A program made the translations under genes and the position numbers. The notes beneath the pieces were generated by a model. It did not search any database, was not told the DNA's origin, and saw nothing but the letters and a program-made list of their open reading frames with translations. This document shows, piece by piece, positions 56,221 to 64,000 of a stretch of DNA of 64,000 nt; position 1 is the stretch's first letter; each line of letters opens with the position of its first letter. The stretch lies in contig CAVXWP010000007.1 in the NCBI GenBank assembly GCA_963765495.1, positions 288,001 through 352,000 of the forward strand. Direction: 5' to 3'. Source of the DNA: Blastocatellia bacterium (GTDB taxonomy: Bacteria; Acidobacteriota; Blastocatellia; UBA7656).

Positions 56221-57555
56221 TCAGCGCAAGCGGTCGGCTTTTATCGTGAAGAAGACCGTAGCCAGTCGGTTTCCGCGCAGAAACTGAGTCCATATGCGAT
56301 AGACGCCGGGTCTTGGAATCATCGCTCCAAAAGTGATGTCGGGGCCTCCCTTTAACTTGTCGCGGTCAGCCACATCGGGCACTACCTCTTCCGGGTGCGA
56401 ATGCACATAATCGGTCTGATCTTCGCTCAATATCAGCGTGTGCCCCCACGCTCCGAGATAGGGCGCCAGATCGCGCACAGGCTCGCCCGTCTTTGCATCC
56501 GTGAGATGGTATTTCAGCGCTACGAAACTGCCCGCGATGATCTCCGGCGGATCGAGCTTTAACTCGATCTTCATCGGGTTCACATCTCCTTCGGATAACG
56601 AAGCTATGTCTATGCCCGCGTTTCCAGCTGTGGCTTCGGTCACCTTCTGACCCTCTACTATCTTTACAAGCGTCGTATCGGGTTTGAGGTGAGGGCGCTC
56701 GGCAAACAGATCGCTTGCGTACCCGGCAGTCACCAGATCGCGCTGAAGCACCTGGGGTATGCCGTCAATCGGATAGATGTCTGAGTAAATTTTATAGTGA
56801 CCCGCCTGCTTCAGAGTGGTGTCTATTGTGAAGCTGCCGTCGGGCTCAAGACGGGGATGAATGTGCTGGAAATCGCTCATGTCCTGGCTTACTACGAAGA
56901 GGTGAAAGAGTTTGTCGTGCAAGGTTGCGAATCGTTTCACCTGCTCGCCGGTCTCGGGATTCGATACCGTGAAATGCATTCTCACCTTTTCATTTACCTT
57001 TGGCGCTTTTGGCGTAACTTCAAACTTCAGATCAAACATTTCGGCGATAGCCGGGTTTGCGGGCACGAGTTTCATCTGGCATTTGGGGCATTTCCCCGGC
57101 ACTCTGAACCTCAGTTCGGGGTGCATCGGGCAGGTGTATTCTTCGGCCTCGCCCGAGGACGCTTCTTCCTTTTTGCTTTCCACCACAAGCTGCATCTGGC
57201 ACTTTGGGCAAGTGCCCGGCGTGGATGACTGCACTTCGGGGTGCATCGGGCAGACATAAACTACCGACTTCAATTGAGTCTCCTGCGACTGAGAGTCCTG
57301 CGACTGAGAGTCCTGCGACTGAGGGTCCTGAGACTTAGTCTCTTGAGATTGAGCCGCGCTTTTTTGAGCTATCAGTTTCATCTGGCACTTTGGGCAATTG
57401 CCCGGCTTTGAGGACGTGACCTCCGGGTGCATAGGACAGACATAAACCACGGATTCCTGATAAGCAGTAGATCCCTGATAAGCAGCCGTCGTAGAGTTTA
57501 GGAATGCGGGCGTGATCGAAAAACCGATAAGCAGGCAAACAAAAGCGCGAAACAT
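56221..57555 (-). CDS. Exported heavy-metal-binding protein (3 x CPMHP repeats plus two His-bearing beta domains)
   Basis: Signal peptide; YxCPMHP...PGxCPKCQMxL three times; FQHIHP, YLGAWGH, YVHSHP. Confidence 0.88.
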   Translation of the reverse strand: MFRAFVCLLIGFSITPAFLNSTTAAYQGSTAYQESVVYVCPMHPEVTSSKPGNCPKCQMKLIAQKSAAQSQETKSQDPQSQDSQSQDSQSQETQLKSVVYVCPMHPEVQSSTPGTCPKCQMQLVVESKKEEASSGEAEEYTCPMHPELRFRVPGKCPKCQMKLVPANPAIAEMFDLKFEVTPKAPKVNEKVRMHFTVSNPETGEQVKRFATLHDKLFHLFVVSQDMSDFQHIHPRLEPDGSFTIDTTLKQAGHYKIYSDIYPIDGIPQVLQRDLVTAGYASDLFAERPHLKPDTTLVKIVEGQKVTEATAGNAGIDIASLSEGDVNPMKIELKLDPPEIIAGSFVALKYHLTDAKTGEPVRDLAPYLGAWGHTLILSEDQTDYVHSHPEEVVPDVADRDKLKGGPDITFGAMIPRPGVYRIWTQFLRGNRLATVFFTIKADRLR

Positions 57556-57663
57556 CTTTCCTCCTTTGAGAGTTTGATGAAATAGACTTCATTTAATACT
57601 ACATCCTAAAGGTTGTGAGGCCAAGCCGTGGCAGAGCCGTTCAGTTTGCCAAAATGTAGGAAA

Positions 57664-57755
57664 GGGAATAGAAATAGGCCACGGATTACACCTGATAAAG
57701 TCAGATCCGCGTAGATCCGCCTGATCCGCGTCATCCGTGGTCTATTTCTATTCCC
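57664..57755. repeat. MITE/REP-like inverted element with 22-bp arms
   Basis: gggaatagaaataggccacgga / tccgtggtctatttctattccc (one mismatch), internal atccgc 9-mers; between co-oriented genes. Confidence 0.85.
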
Positions 57756-57759
57756 TGAT

Positions 57760-60393
57760 TTAGAGCTTGAGGATAAACACGTTTGTCGCCAGACCGGACG
57801 AATCGGTCACCTGTACGCGGTTGTCGCCCGGACCCAGTCCAAGTTTGTTTGGCTTGCCTTTTATCTTGATAATTGTGTCGGAAGCGGTCTTTATATGAGA
57901 AGACTGGTCCTTGCCGTTTATCAGTACGCGAGGGGCATCGGGTAGCCTGCTGCCTGAAATTGTCATCTTCTTCTTCCCGTCAAAGATCACTGATGTGATG
58001 CTCGATCTCGCCTCCCCGGTCAATTCGTACGCGCCGCGCCCGTAGGTCGCAAGCTGTATCAATCCACCGGGCTGGGCCGTAAAAGCCTGCGCGACCACAG
58101 GCGGCAATCCGCGATTGAACTCCTGCCAGTCGACACCGGCGGTCGCGGTTCGAAACACGCCTGCGTCGGTGGCCAGATAGAGTATCGAAGACAAGACCGG
58201 GTCTATAATCAAGTCGTTTGCAGGAATGTCGGGAAGATTGCCGCTTATATCTTCCCAACCTGCCCCACCATTCGTAGTCTTGTAGACGTGCCCCGCGCCA
58301 AACCCTGAAACCGTAAGATAAGCGATAGCCGGGTCGGTCGGGTCAACCTTGATGCTTGTGATGAACCGGCGCGGGAGCCCTTCGGTCACATCCGTCCAGC
58401 TAATACCGCCGTCGCTGCTCGCCATCGCGCGACCCTGAGCCGAGCCCGTATAGATGTAACGGGTGTCGGAACGGCTTACGGCTATGGCAGACAGCACATC
58501 GCGCCCGCTTTCGGTAAAGCCCAGCGTCAGATCGAGATCGCCTGCCGGGGTTATCCACGAGCCGCCAAGGTTTGTGCTGACAAACAGACGCCACGTTCCG
58601 AAATAGAGCGTCGAGTCCACCCCGTTTCCGGTGAAGGGCGGATAGAAAGCAATCCGCCCGTTGAAATCGGGCTCGCCAAAGGTTGGATTCCAGGCTATCT
58701 GCCGGTCGAACGTCTGCCCATCGTTTACATAGCGGTAGACGGCTCCCCGAATGTAAGTGATAAACACCATGCCGGGATCGAGCGGATTTATCACGCATCG
58801 GCCGCCGTCTCCGTTTGAGAACTCTTTCCACTGGTCGGGACCTGCGAGGCGTCTTTGTGTGCCGTTATCCTGAGTTCCGCCGTAACTGATGTCCGGGTTG
58901 GTCGGATGCACGGCCAGGCTGATAAACTGCGACAACTTCAAAGTGCGGTTTAGTGATACAAAAGAATTACCTCCGTCAAAGGTCTTTGAGAGGCCACCAT
59001 CGTTTGCGATATAAAATTCGTTTGCGTTTGCGGGCGAAAACGCGAGGTCGTGCTGGTCTTCGTGAGTTTTGGAATTAAGTGGCGTGAACCCCCCAGCGCC
59101 GAAAACCTGAGTGATATTTGTCCAGCTTGCTCCGCCGTCAAGGCTCCTGTAAATGTCTCGCGTGCCCGCATAAATCGTGTCGGCATTTGTAGGGTCTACG
59201 GCCAGATAGGTGTTATAACCGAAACCCCCTCGGTCGATTCCCGCATCTCCCCGATCCGTCCAACTGGCTCCGCCATCCGTGCTCGACACTACGCGGATGT
59301 CCAGCCCTTCTCCAAAGAAACCGCCCATAAAAACGTAGAGCGTACCCGGTCGGCTGGGTGCTGGCGCTACCCTGACATCGCGCGATTTTCTTTCATCATA
59401 TGGTGTTTTGAGAATAAGCGCCCAGCTATTGCCGCCGTCGCTTGATTTGTAAAGACCCGGCTCGACCTCTTCTTCGTCTGTCTCCCGGCGGATGACACCC
59501 AGATAGAGCGTATTGGCATCAGCGGGATCAATCGCCAGATCGCGCGCCCGCCCGTTAAAGGTTTTCTGCCAGTTGACGCCGCCGTCGGTCGAGAGATAAA
59601 ACCCGCTCGCGATTCGGTCTTCGCCCGCCAGTTGCGTATACTGCGCCACATAGACCAGATTGGGGTCGGTCGGGTGAATCGCAAGTCTGGCTATCGTGCC
59701 GGGCGAAGGCAGCGATTGATTGCTGACACGTTGCCAGGTCCGCCCGCTGTCGGTCGTCTTAGAAACACCGCTCCCCAGATAACCGCCCGATAAATCCCCC
59801 ATGCCTGCGTAAGCAATCGCCGGGTCGCTTTTGGAAAAGGCTATAGAGCCAACCGCAAGATCCGCCTGATTATCGGAGACGGGAAGGAAATTCGAGCCGC
59901 CGTCGGTCGAGCGCCATATGCCGCCGGTCGCGCTGCCTATCAACAGAATCCGAGGGTCAGCCGGAGATACGGCTATGGTGTTTATGCGCCCGCTCGTCTG
60001 CCCCCGGTTGTTGAAATAGAAGGCATTGGTTGGCGAAGGTCCGATTGAACGCCACGCCGGGGCGTTTTCGGTGACGGCCGCAATTCCAAATCGCCCGCCG
60101 AGGCGACCGGCCCACGCCTTGCGCCGCGCCTCGGCGGGAATCACCTTTTGAGGGTAAGCGCGTTGAAACGCGAACCAGTTGTCTCGCTCTTCGATATCCT
60201 CTCCGGTCTCGCCTTCTGTCTCCTGGGCAAGACCGGGCGCAGGCGACAACGCCATAGATGGTCGAGATTGGAAGCCGGATGGGTGTGAAAGACGCGGGCT
60301 AAGAAAACCTGCGGTAAGCCCCGCCGCGATGAGCGAGAGAAGCAGATGGCGGAATGCGCGGTGACGCATCTCGATTGATGTCAGGCGTCTCAT
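57760..60393 (-). CDS. Secreted BNR/Asp-box beta-propeller protein (GH74/sortilin-like) with a C-terminal Ig-like domain
   Basis: Many SxDGGxxW repeats; GGTQDNG, GDG, ATYGRG; signal peptide. Confidence 0.88.
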   Translation of the reverse strand: MRRLTSIEMRHRAFRHLLLSLIAAGLTAGFLSPRLSHPSGFQSRPSMALSPAPGLAQETEGETGEDIEERDNWFAFQRAYPQKVIPAEARRKAWAGRLGGRFGIAAVTENAPAWRSIGPSPTNAFYFNNRGQTSGRINTIAVSPADPRILLIGSATGGIWRSTDGGSNFLPVSDNQADLAVGSIAFSKSDPAIAYAGMGDLSGGYLGSGVSKTTDSGRTWQRVSNQSLPSPGTIARLAIHPTDPNLVYVAQYTQLAGEDRIASGFYLSTDGGVNWQKTFNGRARDLAIDPADANTLYLGVIRRETDEEEVEPGLYKSSDGGNSWALILKTPYDERKSRDVRVAPAPSRPGTLYVFMGGFFGEGLDIRVVSSTDGGASWTDRGDAGIDRGGFGYNTYLAVDPTNADTIYAGTRDIYRSLDGGASWTNITQVFGAGGFTPLNSKTHEDQHDLAFSPANANEFYIANDGGLSKTFDGGNSFVSLNRTLKLSQFISLAVHPTNPDISYGGTQDNGTQRRLAGPDQWKEFSNGDGGRCVINPLDPGMVFITYIRGAVYRYVNDGQTFDRQIAWNPTFGEPDFNGRIAFYPPFTGNGVDSTLYFGTWRLFVSTNLGGSWITPAGDLDLTLGFTESGRDVLSAIAVSRSDTRYIYTGSAQGRAMASSDGGISWTDVTEGLPRRFITSIKVDPTDPAIAYLTVSGFGAGHVYKTTNGGAGWEDISGNLPDIPANDLIIDPVLSSILYLATDAGVFRTATAGVDWQEFNRGLPPVVAQAFTAQPGGLIQLATYGRGAYELTGEARSSITSVIFDGKKKMTISGSRLPDAPRVLINGKDQSSHIKTASDTIIKIKGKPNKLGLGPGDNRVQVTDSSGLATNVFILKL

Positions 60394-60462
60394 AATTAAT
60401 CGGGGTCGAGCAGAGAGATTCTAATTCAAAGTGTGCGGGCTTGGCAAAAATGAATCCGAATT

Positions 60463-60544
60463 GTGATTCGTGATGCGTGATTCGTGACTTTGAGGCGAAT
60501 TGCTTTTGACAGTCGAATGAGTATCTCACGCATCGCGCATCACG
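60463..60544. repeat. Inverted heptamer arrays (GTGATTC/GTGATGC family)
   Basis: gtgattcgtgatgcgtgattcgtga ... tcacgcatcgcgcatcacg. Confidence 0.88.
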
Positions 60545-60741
60545 CCTTATCTTATAGATTCTTGCAATTATGTTGTCGTTATAGGAGGAGCGTAAAGGGT
60601 GTGCTAAAATTTTGCTGACGCCCATCTAAGGATGTGGCTAAGGCTGAATGGTGTTGCTCCTCCCCCACCTTTGGGCCAAAAAACATTAATCCTATTATTG
60701 GCTTTGACCGGGCTGAAGGGCTGGTGCATTGGAGGTGTATC

Positions 60742-60960
60742 ATGCTGGATGCGAGCGTGCTTAAGATAGAAATCGCTGCGCTTGAGAATTTGATAAATCT
60801 AAAGAAAGTATCGATAGAAACCGAGCAGGCCGCACTTGCCGAGTTACTTCAGAGGCTGGAGTTTAAGAAGGCTCTGCTCAAAAAGACAGAAAATAACCGT
60901 GATCTGTCAGCCATTCAGTTAAAAAACAATCCCGATAGTATTTCGTCACTTTCCGAGTAG
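60742..60960 (+). CDS. Small coiled-coil hypothetical protein (72 aa)
   Basis: GGAGGTG RBS before ATG 60742; heptad Leu/Ile pattern. Confidence 0.65.
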   Translation: MLDASVLKIEIAALENLINLKKVSIETEQAALAELLQRLEFKKALLKKTENNRDLSAIQLKNNPDSISSLSE

Positions 60961-61311
60961 TTCGGAGATATGGTTCATCAACAGAGTAAATTCAACAGGT
61001 TTTGTTAAGGCGCGATTGGCTCCGGCCTGGATTGCGCGTCCGGCTGTTTTGTCGCCGTAGGCCGTCAGAACTATTATGGGCAGATGAGCCAGTGACTTGT
61101 TTCTGCGCAGCGTCTCTATCATCCCGACTCCGTCCAGAACGGGCATATTTACATCGGTGATTATGAGGGCCGGGTGTTCGGATGCCGCCCGGTCGAGACC
61201 CTCCTGACCGTTCTCGGCGGTGATGACCTTAAAGCCCTCCATCTCGAGTAATGTCACAAACACCTCTCGCGAATCGGCGTTATCTTCAACTACGAGGATT
61301 TTTTTTGACAC
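60946..61311 (-). CDS. Single-domain response regulator (CheY-like receiver)
   Basis: ILVVED, TDVNMP (phospho-Asp), LTA, TKP. Confidence 0.95.
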   Translation of the reverse strand: MSKKILVVEDNADSREVFVTLLEMEGFKVITAENGQEGLDRAASEHPALIITDVNMPVLDGVGMIETLRRNKSLAHLPIIVLTAYGDKTAGRAIQAGANRALTKPVEFTLLMNHISELLGK

Positions 61312-61396
61312 CGGCAGTTCTCTTAGGATTTGTGGTTAAAACGCCCGCACTCTAGGTTTTATAGGTTCCGAACAGATAATTCAAGCCCGGTATGCA

Positions 61397-62767
61397 TTAC
61401 TTTGCCGCCTCGACCTTGATTGGCTCGGCATTACCGGCTTTGCCTACGGATTCGCGCATCCAGCTTTGCAGTTTTTCCATGTCTTTTGCCACCGTCATGG
61501 AACCGGCGAAGAGAACCAGCGTAAGCAATACGCCGAGCGCCGGAATAACATACATAGCCGAGTGAAGTCCCTGGGCGCGAAACGGTTCAAGGGCAGGCCC
61601 TGTCAGGTCGCGGACCCCGCCCGCAAGCGCCGCCTGAGTCGTAAAGTAATCGCTTGCAAGCCCGGTCCCAAGCGGTCCGAGAGAAGCGCCCAGCACATAC
61701 ATCGCAAAGAAATAAAGCGCCATCGCCGTGCCGCGCAGGGAAGGTTCTATCACATCGTGAATCGTCGAATAAACGGTCGAGTAATAGGCATACATGACGG
61801 CTATACCCGCTCCCATCAACAGGGTAAATCCAAAGATGTCGCCGCCCGGCCTGCCGAGCGCCAGAAAGTTGAGCGGGACCGAAACCAGTATGGCGACAGC
61901 TCCCACAAGCAATCGCCCGTTAGCCCGCCGCTTCATTATCGCGTCGCCTACGATGCCACCCACAAGCAACCCGGGCACGCCCGAGATTCCATACACCAGC
62001 ATGGCTATAAATCCCGCGTCCTGAATGTCTACTTTGTGATACCGCATAAGGTAGGGAGAGAGGAATGAGCCTATGGCATACATATTGAAATTGTGAAGCG
62101 CGCCCGATGCGATCAGCCACCACATGGTAGGTATGGAAAGGACCAGTTTGTAAGGCGAGCCTTCGCGTTTGAGCGAGCCTATGTCGTGAACTTCGGTTCC
62201 GCCGCGCTTTGGTTCGTGCATCATCAGGGCCGCCACGGCGCAGATCAGACCCGGTATCCCGGCCACATAAAAAGCCGGGCGCCAGCCGTATTCTTTTGCC
62301 ACAAGCCCGCTCACGGCAAAGCTCAGGGCGATGCCTACGGGCAGCCCGAGCATGAAGATCGAAAGCGCTTTCGCGCGTTTATTGGCCGGGTAAAGATCGC
62401 CTATCAAGGAAGAGGCCGCGGGCGCGCAGGTCGCTTCACCCACCCCGACGCCGAGCCTGAGCGCGAACAACTGAAAATATGACGAGGCAATGCCGGAGGC
62501 GGCAGTGAGCAGGCTCCAGACAAAGACGCCCGCCGAAAGTATGCGAGTGCGCGTAGACCTGTCTGTAAGCCGCCCGAGCGGCACGCCCACCGCCGCGTAA
62601 AGCAGCGTAAAGGCCGTACCAAGCGCGCCAAGCGCGCTGTCTGACAGGCCGAATTCCTTGCGGACCGGCTCGGCCACCGCGCCGAGTATCTGGCGGTCGA
62701 AAAAGTTCAAAGCATTGATGGCAAATATCACCGTCAACGCAAAAATGGCTCTTCCACGATTCGTCAT
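61397..62767 (-). CDS. MFS transporter (spinster-like)
   Basis: NFFDRQ, GRLTDRSTR motif A, RLGVGVGEA, 12 TM. Confidence 0.93.
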   Translation of the reverse strand: MTNRGRAIFALTVIFAINALNFFDRQILGAVAEPVRKEFGLSDSALGALGTAFTLLYAAVGVPLGRLTDRSTRTRILSAGVFVWSLLTAASGIASSYFQLFALRLGVGVGEATCAPAASSLIGDLYPANKRAKALSIFMLGLPVGIALSFAVSGLVAKEYGWRPAFYVAGIPGLICAVAALMMHEPKRGGTEVHDIGSLKREGSPYKLVLSIPTMWWLIASGALHNFNMYAIGSFLSPYLMRYHKVDIQDAGFIAMLVYGISGVPGLLVGGIVGDAIMKRRANGRLLVGAVAILVSVPLNFLALGRPGGDIFGFTLLMGAGIAVMYAYYSTVYSTIHDVIEPSLRGTAMALYFFAMYVLGASLGPLGTGLASDYFTTQAALAGGVRDLTGPALEPFRAQGLHSAMYVIPALGVLLTLVLFAGSMTVAKDMEKLQSWMRESVGKAGNAEPIKVEAAK

Positions 62768-63516
62768 TTACTCACCTCTTTTTTCAGTTCGCTGCCGAGT
62801 TCCAGAATGTGCGGAATTTTTTTGAGACCGCCCTCAAGATCGGTCGGATGAACGATCTCGGCCACCATACGGCGTATCTCTTTTCTGCGTTCGATCACAT
62901 CGTCTGATGCCGTCTGGCCTTTGACTTTCAAAGCCCGCCGAAAGTCGGTCAGATCATCGACGAGCGTCAGCATCTTTTGAAAGTCCACGGGCAATGCGGG
63001 CAGATACTCAAGCCCGTGACAGCCCGTGCAGTAATAGGCAAAGCTGAAATTGCGCGTGGGCGACCCTACGGTGTGCGCGCCGTGACACGCTACACAATCC
63101 ATGCGCGGAGTGCCGCGCTGTTCGGGGAAGTGGCGGCTTGTTTTAAACATCGCAAGCATCTGTCTGTGACACGAGCCGCACATTGCAAGCACGTCGTTGC
63201 CCGAAGGTTTGCCGATAAATTTCCCTGTGTGCGCCTGCTCTTTATCCGTAGCCGAAGGGTCGCCCCCGTGGCAGCGATTACAGGTGATCCCATTTTCGGA
63301 GTGCGTGCTCAAAGAGAAAAGCTCGACCTGATGGTCGCCCGACTTCTGATGACAGGCGAGGCAATTATTATCCTGCGAAACGGGGAATGAGATTGAATCG
63401 GCGGCAGCAATCTTTCCGAACCCGTAGCTTCCATCCAGCGATTGCGCGCAACAGACGACCGCGACCAGTATGATGAATGCTGCCGTGATTATTTTTTGAA
63501 TTTTTCTCCGCACCAA
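62764..63516 (-). CDS. Exported pentaheme c-type cytochrome
   Basis: Five CxxCH (CLACH, CNRCH, CGSCH, CVACH, CTGCH); N-terminal hydrophobic signal. Confidence 0.9.
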   Translation of the reverse strand: MVRRKIQKIITAAFIILVAVVCCAQSLDGSYGFGKIAAADSISFPVSQDNNCLACHQKSGDHQVELFSLSTHSENGITCNRCHGGDPSATDKEQAHTGKFIGKPSGNDVLAMCGSCHRQMLAMFKTSRHFPEQRGTPRMDCVACHGAHTVGSPTRNFSFAYYCTGCHGLEYLPALPVDFQKMLTLVDDLTDFRRALKVKGQTASDDVIERRKEIRRMVAEIVHPTDLEGGLKKIPHILELGSELKKEVSK

Positions 63517-63545
63517 TGCTCGCTCACCAGCCTCTCGACATGCGG

Positions 63546-64000
63546 TTATTTCCCCTGAAAGTTTGGCCTGCGCTTTTCAAAAAAGGCAGTGACGCCTTCG
63601 ATGAAATCTGCGGAATGAAAACAGTCATCCTGATTGACGGCCTCGAATTCGAGCGCCCCGGCGAGGTCTGTGTTCTCGCCGTAGTTGAGACCCGCCTTGA
63701 TCTTTGCAAGCGCGATCGGAGCCGCGAGGGCAAGCCGCTGAGCGATTGCCTGCACGGTCTCGTCGAGTTCTTCAAACGGCACTACGCGGTTTACAAGTCC
63801 GAGCGAGAGCGCCTCGTGTGCGTTTATGATGTCGCCTGTGGCCATCAACTCGAACGCCTTCGCGTATCCGACTATTCGCGGCAAAAAGTATGTAGAGCCG
63901 CCGTCGGGCATCAACCCTATCTTCGAGAATACCTGTCCTAACTTTGCCTGCTCCGAGGCTACGAGCATGTCGCAGGCGAGCGCATAGTTGCAGCCTACGC
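63546..64000 (-). CDS. Enoyl-CoA hydratase/isomerase (PaaG-like), 5'-partial
   Basis: ALACD, FSKIGLMPDGG, EGVTAFFEKR.PNF.G. Confidence 0.93.
   Translation of the reverse strand, partial: VGCNYALACDMLVASEQAKLGQVFSKIGLMPDGGSTYFLPRIVGYAKAFELMATGDIINAHEALSLGLVNRVVPFEELDETVQAIAQRLALAAPIALAKIKAGLNYGENTDLAGALEFEAVNQDDCFHSADFIEGVTAFFEKRRPNFQGK

Overview
A 64-kb, mostly housekeeping chromosomal segment. Gene content and repeat style suggest Acidobacteriota, probably Blastocatellia (inference, not a database result). In order it contains: the ffh-rpsP-khpA-rimM-trmD-rplS operon; an SDR epimerase/PAP2 pair; an ECF sigma/anti-sigma/LTXXQ/diheme cytochrome c operon; an ABC-2 exporter with a tiny leader ORF; murB; a MerR-type HTH + vWA operon; moeB-like, smpB and pepA; an RND pump; a 2-oxoacid dehydrogenase cluster (lpdA, E1a, E1b, E2, lipB); an envelope-modification cluster (two membrane sulfatase-fold paralogs, AlkP/NPP, GT-C, GT9, a catalytically degenerate deacetylase); a lower-GC pair of stand-alone TIR genes converging on pncA/pncB; and FHA, metal-binding, BNR-propeller, MFS and pentaheme cytochrome genes. 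I found no rRNA, tRNA, CRISPR array, transposase or integrase. Intergenic DNA is rich in inverted 7-mer and 9-mer repeat arrays. The best candidates for undescribed systems are (1) an active-TIR/pseudo-TIR pair beside NAD+ salvage genes, (2) a near-leaderless MerR/BldC-like + vWA operon with 16-bp-period repeats and a divergent candidate sRNA, and (3) the Thr-nucleophile envelope-modification locus.
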